Positions 56,069 through 63,984 of a DNA stretch of 64,000 bases are shown here, piece by piece (position 1 is the first letter of the stretch; each line of letters begins with the position of its first letter). The notes below the pieces were generated by a model, which was not told the DNA's origin, searched no databases, and saw only the letters and a program-made list of their open reading frames with translations. The position numbers were made by a program, and so were the translations under genes. The stretch is taken from IMG/VR virus record IMGVR_UViG_3300048854_000126, positions 1 through 64,000 of that record; one strand, given 5' to 3'. The DNA is from a virus.

Positions 56069-56308
56069 GTGGCCAGGGCGATGATCGACGGCTACATCGA
56101 ATGGCTGGACCGCCAGGCGCGTATCAGGTCGTCCTCATCGGTCAATGCCTACGTGCGTCTGCAAATGCCGGATGAGAGCGAGACGGTGCGATCCAATGTC
56201 GGCGATGCCCTTTACGAAAGAGCGAAGGCGCGGGCACGTGGCGAGAGCAAAGCCAATGCGCCAAGCGATGATAGCGATAGTTCGGACCCGCTGGCGGGAA
56301 GCTGGTAG
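56069..56308 (+). CDS. Small hypothetical protein, ends DPLAGSW
   Basis: Last ORF before the terminator at 56345. Confidence 0.45.
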   Translation: MARAMIDGYIEWLDRQARIRSSSSVNAYVRLQMPDESETVRSNVGDALYERAKARARGESKANAPSDDSDSSDPLAGSW

Positions 56309-56344
56309 GATGAATTGCCGTTTCTCAGAACGGCACAGCGTGGT

Positions 56345-56377
56345 AAAAATTGGGGCACCTTCGGGTGCCCATTTTTT
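56345..56377. terminator. Bidirectional terminator
   Basis: AAAAAT..GGGCACC-TTCG-GGTGCCC-ATTTTTT between convergent ORFs. Confidence 0.8.
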
Positions 56378-56633
56378 ATTCTATCGCCGCGCCTCTGTCC
56401 GTGAGAATGAAGTTTTTTGGTATCGAATCTTGCTGGACTGTGAATAAATCGTTTGCTTCCGCGTATTTCAAGGCTGCATCGAACTCCTCATCGCCGAATT
56501 CTCCATCAGCGTCATGCCACTGCGACAAGACGCTGTTTGCTGCAAGGCGCATGCCGGCCACCCAGTTAAACTTCGACTTGCAACGACGGATCATCTCTTC
56601 GGCGCATTCTTGCGGGGTGTGCTTCAGTGCCAT
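56376..56633 (-). CDS. Small hypothetical protein
   Basis: AGGAG RBS on the minus strand. Confidence 0.5.
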   Translation of the reverse strand: MALKHTPQECAEEMIRRCKSKFNWVAGMRLAANSVLSQWHDADGEFGDEEFDAALKYAEANDLFTVQQDSIPKNFILTDRGAAIE

Positions 56634-56915
56634 TTTTTGTCTCCTGTTAAAAGGTGCTCAATATATCGCTTTCCCCTCCAGAATAATTTAATCAATCGCA
56701 TGCGCGCGCACTCCCATATAGCGAGAAAGCATCCAAGAGCGCAGGCTCAGCGCCACTAAGTGGTCAATAGAATTTCAATTGTCGATGCAACGCAACGACG
56801 CAGCAGGGAAGGGTCAGAAAGCATCCTGACCCACGCGATACGCGCCTCATCCCTGTCTGCAAAATTGATTCTGACGCGAACGAACGCGTTACCACTCACT
56901 CAGGGAGAACCCGAA

Positions 56916-57953
56916 ATGCAAGTCACGAACAAGCCCCGCCGCGCCTCGAAGAAAGTCATCGCCGCAACGGTCGAAGTGAACATGTTGGGCGCGGGCACTG
57001 CCGCTGCAGCACCGATGGACCCGGAGCTCGCTGCACTGCTGAACGTTCTCAACGATCCGAGCGAAGAGTCCGCCGGGCTGGAGCTGGTCGAGCAAACGAA
57101 CGCTGCGCCGAGCGATGACATCATCGAGCAGTCCGTTGTCGAATCGCTCGACGTCAGCGCCGCGCCGGTGGTCGTGATCGAACAGCACGCCGAGCCTCAG
57201 ACGCATGAAGTCGAAGCCGCGGTTGCTGGCCTCGAAGTCGCCGAAGCATATGCACTGACGCCCGCTGACGCAGCGCCGCTCGAAGGTGCCAGCGCCCATG
57301 AACTCGAAGCTGAGCGCCTGCTTGCTGAAGAAGCGCTGATCCAGTCGAGCACGGTCGAGAATGCGGAACCCGCTGCGGGCGATGAAGCAGGCACCGCGCC
57401 GAAGAAGGAACGCACGCCGCGTGTGCACTACGCCAACAAGACCGACCGCATCAAGGCGCGTCTGGGTGCGCAGTTGGGAGACTACCTCGTGCTGGAGCTC
57501 GATGACGCCGCACTCGAGGGCGATGCGCTGAAGGCCAAGCAAGATGAAACGCTCGCCGTGATCGACGGTATGGCAGAGAAGGTCAAGAACCGCGCGTCGC
57601 TCCTCATCGACTGGTTGTCGGGCAAGACCGGGAAGCCGAACGAAATCCTTAAGCGCGCGCTTGATGTGCTCGCCGCAGACGGGAAGATCCAGACGGGCGA
57701 CAATGGCAATCTTCACAAGAATTTGCTGTCGAAGCCGTATTCCCCGAGCGCAGCGCGTGCGATGGGCCGCAACACCGTGACTGTCATGGAGAAGACGAAG
57801 ATGATCGTCCAGTCGGGCAAGGGCGAGTTCGTGCCGAACCCTAGCTCGCTGTTCCTGGCGATGGCGAACGAAATGGTGAAGCCGGCAGCCGGTCCGGCTG
57901 CGACAACCGTCGTCGAGGAAACGAAGGTCGAAGAAACGTCGGCGGCCGAATGA
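56916..57953 (+). CDS. Acidic N-terminal, possibly DNA-binding C-terminal hypothetical protein
   Basis: GGGAG RBS; strong codon bias; long acidic linker. Confidence 0.7.
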   Translation: MQVTNKPRRASKKVIAATVEVNMLGAGTAAAAPMDPELAALLNVLNDPSEESAGLELVEQTNAAPSDDIIEQSVVESLDVSAAPVVVIEQHAEPQTHEVEAAVAGLEVAEAYALTPADAAPLEGASAHELEAERLLAEEALIQSSTVENAEPAAGDEAGTAPKKERTPRVHYANKTDRIKARLGAQLGDYLVLELDDAALEGDALKAKQDETLAVIDGMAEKVKNRASLLIDWLSGKTGKPNEILKRALDVLAADGKIQTGDNGNLHKNLLSKPYSPSAARAMGRNTVTVMEKTKMIVQSGKGEFVPNPSSLFLAMANEMVKPAAGPAATTVVEETKVEETSAAE

Positions 57954-57954
57954 A

Positions 57955-57989
57955 GGCGGGCAGGGCGGGCTTCGGCCCGCTTTGTTGCC
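57955..57989 (+). terminator. C(UUCG)G hairpin, terminator or stabiliser
   Basis: GGGCGGGC-TTCG-GCCCGCTT. Confidence 0.6.
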
Positions 57990-57990
57990 C

Positions 57991-58122
57991 ACGGTGCAAC
58001 GCCGTGGCAGGTATCAGCGTGCCACCCCTCCCGTATTACCCCTTCCCATAACGTCAATCGTCTATCTACGAGTAGGCCCGGGTGCGGCAGTTCGGTAAAA
58101 AGTTGCACCGTTCGCGCAACTT
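57991..58122 (+). ncRNA. Candidate structured sRNA with C-rich loops
   Basis: Perfect 10-bp closing stem 57991-58000/58102-58111 with nested stems; strand uncertain. Confidence 0.4.
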
Positions 58123-58167
58123 CTTGCAGAAACCCAGAGGGCCAGGGTTCGGCGTGCCTATACTGGA

Positions 58168-58185
58168 ATAGTAAGCAATGACTAA
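58168..58185. promoter_or_regulatory. Operator ATAGTAA-GCAA-TGACTAA downstream of TATACT
   Basis: Copy of the recurrent motif at the start of the small-ORF region. Confidence 0.7.
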
Positions 58186-58232
58186 TCATTGCCTCGCTTT
58201 CATAGCGACAATTTAGTCACCGAAACGACCCA

Positions 58233-58889
58233 ATGAGCACCGCAATGATCGTCCGAACGCTTACCTGTGCCGAACACAAAGACTATGGATTCATGGGCTG
58301 GCGCCCGAACTGGATTCCGCACTTCGACCCTTCATCCGGGCTGGGTGTCGCGCATGACGTCCTTGAACACGCACGCCGTGATCCGGGAACGATCGAGTCC
58401 GAATTCCAAGCGTTCGGCGCGATCGTCTGGTTGCGCGGCGAGAGCGGCTGGTTCTACGAGCACCGCCCGCACGCGTCCGATATCGCCTGGCAGATGGCGA
58501 GCGACTTCATGCAGCAAGCCGAGTATCTCGACGGCGAAGGTCGAAAGCTGCATCGCGCGCCGAAGACCCGGCCGCTTGCCTACGACGGTGCGGAAGACAT
58601 GGTGCAGCGCTGCGTCACGAAAGGCTTGGCGTTGATCCGCTCCGAGCATGAGGACGGCTACCTGCATGGGCTGATCGACCGCGAGTCGGCAGTGAGTTAC
58701 ATGCGCATGGGTTATCGCGCCGCCGAGCGCCGGCTTGGCGACAGTTGCGGGGCGGCCAGTCTGTTCGACCGCATCTCGGAGGGCGCTGATCGCCACCTGA
58801 AGAACGCGGAGCCCGGCATGGAGCTCACGTTGCGCGTCGATACGCGTGCCTTCCGGGTGCAGATGGACGTCGATTACCCGAACGACTAA
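58233..58889 (+). CDS. Hypothetical protein (HDVLEH motif)
   Basis: 218 aa ORF after the operator. Confidence 0.6.
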   Translation: MSTAMIVRTLTCAEHKDYGFMGWRPNWIPHFDPSSGLGVAHDVLEHARRDPGTIESEFQAFGAIVWLRGESGWFYEHRPHASDIAWQMASDFMQQAEYLDGEGRKLHRAPKTRPLAYDGAEDMVQRCVTKGLALIRSEHEDGYLHGLIDRESAVSYMRMGYRAAERRLGDSCGAASLFDRISEGADRHLKNAEPGMELTLRVDTRAFRVQMDVDYPND

Positions 58890-58952
58890 TCCGACCGGGC
58901 GCCATGCGCCCGTTTCGAGAATAACCACATCGCAATCATCACGGGACCAACC

Positions 58953-59573
58953 ATGTCCAACCTGAATTATCAGCAGCGCGCTGAAGAAATCGCCGCGCTC
59001 ATGAAGGGTCGCATTGAGCATCAATCCCCCGAATCTCCGCAGCCCAATCGCCTCCGCTTGCTTCTGCCCGAGACGGGTGTGCCCAATGCCAAGTTGTCGC
59101 TCGCATTCTCGCCTTACAACGCGAAGGGCCGCTTGGTCGTGACCTGCCTGTTTCCGAACTGCCCGGACTATGGGCCTGTGAACGCCAACACATTTGTGAG
59201 TGCACGTGACCTCGAGGCGGTCAACTACACCTCCTCGATCTCGATGGCCGAAAGCAAGTCGGCTGAACAAATGGTCCGCGACATCGAGCGCCGCTTGCTG
59301 CGTGGTTACCTGCAAGCGCTTGCGGCCACGAACAAAGGCATCGCCGAACGCGTGAAGGAGATCCACAAGAAGTCGCAGCTCATTAAGCGGCTCGCCGACA
59401 TCGCCGGTCAGCACTTAACGGAAGAGCAAGTGAAGCGCGAGCGCATCCACGTTTATGACGGCTCGCGCTCGATGGACATCGATCTGTCCGGCGAAAAGGT
59501 CCGCGTCGAAATGCGCTGGATATCGCCTGAGTTGGCCGAGAAAGTGATCCTGCTTTTCAACGAGAACGCGTAA
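58953..59573 (+). CDS. Hypothetical protein
   Basis: Preceded by a cassette motif. Confidence 0.6.
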   Translation: MSNLNYQQRAEEIAALMKGRIEHQSPESPQPNRLRLLLPETGVPNAKLSLAFSPYNAKGRLVVTCLFPNCPDYGPVNANTFVSARDLEAVNYTSSISMAESKSAEQMVRDIERRLLRGYLQALAATNKGIAERVKEIHKKSQLIKRLADIAGQHLTEEQVKRERIHVYDGSRSMDIDLSGEKVRVEMRWISPELAEKVILLFNENA

Positions 59574-59644
59574 TCGCATCCGCATGAGCGCCTACGGGCG
59601 CTCGGGAAAATCAATACATCGACAACAAACGCGAGAGCGAAACG

Positions 59645-60190
59645 ATGAACACCGTGCCTACCCTGCAAAACGATGCGCCGTATGCCTACGCCTTTGCGCG
59701 CGCCGAGCATGACTTTGCCGAAATCAAGATCGCGCTGCGCCGCATTGTGACGGGCTCCTTCAGCTATCTGTTTTCGTCGGAGCTGGTGATGCGCTGCTAT
59801 GTGAGCCGCGAGTTCGACACGCCTTATGGCGTGAAATTGGTGCTCGACGGCGGTCATCAGATGGAGATGGCCGAGCTCACCGCCGCAATGAAGGTGATGA
59901 CGTCGATCGCCAAGAAGCTCAAGAAGATGGAGGACGAGCTCGGTTACACGAACGACCGTGATCTGCCTGAGTTCGCGCGCCGCGTGCTGGTCGCATCGGG
60001 CATCCGGACGGTGTTCTACGAGCGGAAGTTCAATCAGGGCGCCGTCGATCGCAACGGGCTGACACTCAAGGATGGGATTTTCGGGCTGCCGAGCGTCGAT
60101 CCGCGCGATGGGAAGGACTTCCTCTTTGCGATTCGCGGGCTCACCGACGACACCCTGGAGAAGCGGGGCATGAAGAAGGAGCCGGCATGA
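59645..60190 (+). CDS. Hypothetical protein
   Basis: Preceded by a cassette motif. Confidence 0.6.
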   Translation: MNTVPTLQNDAPYAYAFARAEHDFAEIKIALRRIVTGSFSYLFSSELVMRCYVSREFDTPYGVKLVLDGGHQMEMAELTAAMKVMTSIAKKLKKMEDELGYTNDRDLPEFARRVLVASGIRTVFYERKFNQGAVDRNGLTLKDGIFGLPSVDPRDGKDFLFAIRGLTDDTLEKRGMKKEPA

Positions 60191-60627
60191 GCACGGCCGC
60201 ACAGCAGGTCCAGATGTTCTACGACGCGGTGAGCCGCGCGGGCGAAGTCAACGTGACCTTCCTCGATCTGGTGAAGGACGGGATGACACGCGAGGAGCTC
60301 GCCAAGAACATCGCGCGCCGACCGAGCCTCTGGCAGCGGTTCGAGCATTGGTTGCCGCTGCTGCCTAGCATCCCGCCGGCTATCCACGATCGCCCGCTCG
60401 CTGCGGAAGGGCTACTCAGCTACCGATGCAAGGGCCGCTACGGCTGGATCATGATCGGCGCAAAAGATCATGACGACGCCATGCGTGAAGCTCGCCGCAG
60501 TAGCAACGACGTCACGGAAGCGGCCCTCGAAATCTGGGACGGCGAGCGTTACGTCCCGGTAGCCCGTGCGAGCCGAGAACCATTCCCAGCGGTCCTCGAG
60601 CGTGCCATCGCATGCTCGGGAAAATGA
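60187..60627 (+). CDS. Hypothetical protein
   Basis: ATGA coupling; SYRCKGRYGWIMIGA motif. Confidence 0.55.
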   Translation: MSTAAQQVQMFYDAVSRAGEVNVTFLDLVKDGMTREELAKNIARRPSLWQRFEHWLPLLPSIPPAIHDRPLAAEGLLSYRCKGRYGWIMIGAKDHDDAMREARRSSNDVTEAALEIWDGERYVPVARASREPFPAVLERAIACSGK

Positions 60628-60659
60628 AGACATCGATAACGCACACAGGGAGTGCAGAC

Positions 60660-60980
60660 ATGGCAAAAGCTAAGACCCCGCTCTATCTCATCAACCTCGA
60701 AGGGGGCGGCGACACGGATATCACCGTGGTGAACAAGGATGTGTTCGATTGGATCGGGAGCGACTTTAGTTGCAACGCCGGGGAATACAGCCGGGACGAA
60801 ACCATTCCCGGCACCGACGTCGTGGTGAATGTGACCTGCGGCAGCTTCGACAACGATCGTGCGCTGGCCGCCTCCGCGCACTTCACCGAGCAGGGATTCA
60901 GCACGATCAAAGCGGCACTCGCCTACATCAAGGAACAACGTGGCGAGTTGGCTGACGAGTATCACGGCTGCATCTATTGA
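60660..60980 (+). CDS. Hypothetical protein
   Basis: GGGAG RBS; preceded by a cassette motif. Confidence 0.55.
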   Translation: MAKAKTPLYLINLEGGGDTDITVVNKDVFDWIGSDFSCNAGEYSRDETIPGTDVVVNVTCGSFDNDRALAASAHFTEQGFSTIKAALAYIKEQRGELADEYHGCIY

Positions 60981-61066
60981 ACAGCACGCATCCTCCCGAG
61001 CTCCACAGCGTGCTCGGGAGAATGAACACATCGAAACAAAGCGCATAAGCGCGAGAGAGAAGAGCG

Positions 61067-61399
61067 ATGGAATGGATCATTACGAAGGACTTGATCGCCG
61101 AGCCCGGTGAGAAGACGCGCGTTGGATACGGCGCGTTGATGAGCGCCACCGTGCTGATGCTTCCGCCCAAGGGTGCACCAGACCGCCGTGCTGCGAAAGA
61201 AGCGTATGTCGCCACGCTGCCGTATGAGTTCCGCCTGTATGACGACGATAACGTCCTCTACTACGAGGGCCGTTGCGGGGATATCACCAACGTGGGCGAG
61301 GAAGAGGCGTTCGCTCCGCAAGACTGGGCGATGAACGATGCCGGCTGCACCTCCACACAGTATCGCAAGGTCGGCGCGAGCAAATGGGAGGATCTGTAA
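61067..61399 (+). CDS. Hypothetical phage protein (FRLYDDD..YYEG motif)
   Basis: Preceded by a cassette motif. Confidence 0.6.
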   Translation: MEWIITKDLIAEPGEKTRVGYGALMSATVLMLPPKGAPDRRAAKEAYVATLPYEFRLYDDDNVLYYEGRCGDITNVGEEEAFAPQDWAMNDAGCTSTQYRKVGASKWEDL

Positions 61400-61740
61400 T
61401 GGCTATCAAGATCATCGAAGCCGTGCGCAACATGATCGTCGCCGCCCGCGCTCACGACGCGACGCTGAACGATCCGCTTGGTGACGGGTCGGGCTCCGAG
61501 TCGCAGGCGCCCGAAGGCTGCGACTACAACATCCTGCTCGGCGAGATCGAGAAGGTGGCGCTGGAACTTGCCGAGATGACTTTCGCCACGCCCGAGCAGT
61601 TGACCGCTGCACGCGCCGCGTATGCACTGCGCAGCGACGACAACCTGGAGATCGACGAAGAGGCGCTCGTCTCGGAAGGCGAGGGCGGCGTCTGGGTCCA
61701 AGCCTGGGTGTGGATGTCGGACGAGGAGATGCCGCAATGA
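61399..61740 (+). CDS. Hypothetical phage protein
   Basis: TAATG coupling; EIDE...VSEG..GVWVQAWVW. Confidence 0.55.
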   Translation: MAIKIIEAVRNMIVAARAHDATLNDPLGDGSGSESQAPEGCDYNILLGEIEKVALELAEMTFATPEQLTAARAAYALRSDDNLEIDEEALVSEGEGGVWVQAWVWMSDEEMPQ

Positions 61741-62039
61741 AGCCAGAAAAACGGGAAAAGATGACGACGGCGCTGCTTGCGAAGATCGACGCAGCAATGC
61801 TGACCGATGCTGATATGCGCCGCGAGGCGATCGTCGAGGGCCGGATTGGCTTGAAAGAAATGAGCGACGAGGAGTTCGAGGACTTCGCGCTCGATAGCTA
61901 CAACCTGGACGAGCAGAATAACTTCTGCGACCAGTGCGGCGCTGCCAGCGATGACGGGGAAGGCGAGAACGGGCTGTGCGGCAATTGTGCCGACAAGCTC
62001 TACAACGACGATGGCGAATTGATCGGAGAGAAGAAGTAA
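61737..62039 (+). CDS. Small acidic CxxC...CxxC Zn-finger protein
   Basis: CDQC and CGNC; ATGA coupling. Confidence 0.55.
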   Translation: MKPEKREKMTTALLAKIDAAMLTDADMRREAIVEGRIGLKEMSDEEFEDFALDSYNLDEQNNFCDQCGAASDDGEGENGLCGNCADKLYNDDGELIGEKK

Positions 62040-62401
62040 TGCACCTCACGAAAAAAGAACGCGCTCTGCAGAAGGTCCGCATGACACCGCTTCAGCGAAT
62101 CAGCATCAATCGCCCGCTTCGTCGGAGCGCATCCGTGCCGCGCAGCGACCTGTATCCGGAGATTGACCAGACCGCCAAGGGTGAACTGCACGGTAAATGC
62201 AACGTCACGGCATGCGCTGAGCGGGGCGAGGACGTCAAGTGGTGGAACCGCCCAATGCGGGCGCACTACTGCTCCTATTGCAAGCGCGAGATCAGCCGGT
62301 TCGATGACTACCTCGGCACAGACCAAGCGATCTTCGAAACGAGTCCGCGCGAGAAGCTGTCGGGCCACGAAATCACGTCGATCATCATTGACGAAGCGTA
62401 A
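62039..62401 (+). CDS. Small Cys-containing protein
   Basis: CNVTAC...YCSYC; TAATG coupling. Confidence 0.55.
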   Translation: MHLTKKERALQKVRMTPLQRISINRPLRRSASVPRSDLYPEIDQTAKGELHGKCNVTACAERGEDVKWWNRPMRAHYCSYCKREISRFDDYLGTDQAIFETSPREKLSGHEITSIIIDEA

Positions 62402-62454
62402 CTAACCGAGCGCGCATGAGGGCGCATCGATAACACATTCAATGAGGAGCACTG

Positions 62455-62676
62455 ATGGCTGGCTACGACTGCGTGGAGCGCGCGATTGCGCACGGGGATG
62501 ACCCGTCCAACAACGGGAATGGCTACGCACTGCGCGTCACGCTGAATAGCGGCGTTCAGTTCGAAGGTCCGGTTGGGGATCTGATCAGTGAGACGGAGAC
62601 GTTGAAGCTCCAGATCCTGTCGCTCGACATCTTCATCAACTGCGCCGAGGTGGCGGCCGCCGAGGTCGTCTGGTGA
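62455..62676 (+). CDS. Small hypothetical protein, possibly Sm/SH3-like
   Basis: GAGGAG RBS; RVTLNSGVQFEG...FINCAEVAA beta pattern. Confidence 0.45.
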   Translation: MAGYDCVERAIAHGDDPSNNGNGYALRVTLNSGVQFEGPVGDLISETETLKLQILSLDIFINCAEVAAAEVVW

Positions 62677-62963
62677 GTAAAAGTCCATTCGACGCGCAGC
62701 CGCCGCGTTATCTCGCCTACTGCCATGCGCAGGGCACGACGCCCGAAGCACAACGAATCGCCGACGCGAAGCGTTACGGCGGCTCTTGGAGCATGCCATA
62801 CGTCTATTGGGTGCGGCATGAGATGGCGGAGTGGTGCAAGTTGAACGGGCGTTTTCGCCTTGAGATGGATTGGAATGACCACACCGTGTTCAGCGAGTGG
62901 CTGTCCAAGAAGTATCCGCCGCCGGCGCGCGAGCGATACATCCGACATTGGGCCGCGCGCTGA
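62673..62963 (+). CDS. Hypothetical phage protein
   Basis: PRYLAYCHAQGTTPE; GTGA coupling. Confidence 0.5.
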   Translation: MSKSPFDAQPPRYLAYCHAQGTTPEAQRIADAKRYGGSWSMPYVYWVRHEMAEWCKLNGRFRLEMDWNDHTVFSEWLSKKYPPPARERYIRHWAAR

Positions 62964-63026
62964 CGGTGATGCCGCCGCATATTGCGACACCAACTTCGAG
63001 TCGATACCTCCTGCTAAGGGCCACCC

Positions 63027-63347
63027 ATGAAACTCATTCTCCGCAACGGATATCCGTTCCCGTTTCCAACGAACATCAGCGAGCGCGCAAGCGACGAAAT
63101 CGCTGACGCAGCGAATGGCGTTCACCTGGACATCGACGGCGTGACGCACTTCGAATGGGTGCATACCGTGACCATCGAATTCGAATCGCGTGAGGCATGC
63201 GAGCGCGCCATCGAGCTCACGGGCTGGAACTACTGGGATGAGGAGCGCATGGTGCTCGAAGCCATGACGTCAGCGGGAGACGGCTACGGCCACCCGGCGA
63301 TCGTCGTGCGCGACAAAGCGTATTGCGGATTCACGGTGCTGAGCTAA
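63027..63347 (+). CDS. Hypothetical protein
   Basis: AAGGG RBS. Confidence 0.5.
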   Translation: MKLILRNGYPFPFPTNISERASDEIADAANGVHLDIDGVTHFEWVHTVTIEFESREACERAIELTGWNYWDEERMVLEAMTSAGDGYGHPAIVVRDKAYCGFTVLS

Positions 63348-63412
63348 GCATCCACGCGGGCGCCGAGCCTGCGTCGGGATACTTAAATCTCTCCCACCGA
63401 ACGAGACATATC

Positions 63413-63712
63413 ATGCGCATCAAAGACGCCACGCCCGAACAAGCCGAAAACGCATTGCGGGCCTACTGCGAGAAGCTCGCGCCCGACGCCATCATTGATG
63501 ACGAGTTCGGGCGCCGTCTGGGTGATGCGGATCTGATCGCTTACCTGATCGAACAGGAAGTCGGACACTCCACGTGTCCGCTCCTTGCTGACCTCTACCC
63601 AAGCGGGCCGATCAGTCTCGAACAAGCCAAAGCAAATTGGGATGCGAAGTCGGATATCGAAAAGCGCATGGAGCAGGTCTCGTTCGTCGCGCCGCCACAC
63701 TGTTACTTCTGA
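63413..63712 (+). CDS. Hypothetical protein
   Basis: Preceded by a cassette motif at 63348. Confidence 0.5.
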   Translation: MRIKDATPEQAENALRAYCEKLAPDAIIDDEFGRRLGDADLIAYLIEQEVGHSTCPLLADLYPSGPISLEQAKANWDAKSDIEKRMEQVSFVAPPHCYF

Positions 63713-63720
63713 ACCGGTCC

Positions 63721-63984
63721 TCACTTCCTCAGCCGCCCGATATCGCCCACGCGCTGCCTCTCCCGAATGAGGAGGTAGTGCATCTGTTCCAAGGCAGCGA
63801 GACGCCCAAGCTTCGCTTCGCCAAATGCCCGCCGTGCGACGTCGCAGAATTCATGGAGCACGTCCTGCGTGTGACGCATCCGATGGACCTCCAATAGCAA
63901 GCGTCTGACCATAGGGTCGCGGTTGGTTTTCCACAGATGCCGCATCTCACCAATGGTGACCGGATCGAAGTCGTCAATGTCCAT
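63721..63984 (-). CDS. Small host-type hypothetical protein
   Basis: EMRHLW...VRRLLLEVHRMR pattern of Burkholderiales small proteins. Confidence 0.5.
   Translation of the reverse strand: MDIDDFDPVTIGEMRHLWKTNRDPMVRRLLLEVHRMRHTQDVLHEFCDVARRAFGEAKLGRLAALEQMHYLLIRERQRVGDIGRLRK

Noticed and set aside
56729-56773. GCATCC as a seventh cassette copy (also ATCC at 12368 and 55019, and partial CATCGATAAC at 62425)
   Set aside because: The -10-like hexamer is not at the fixed +25 spacing
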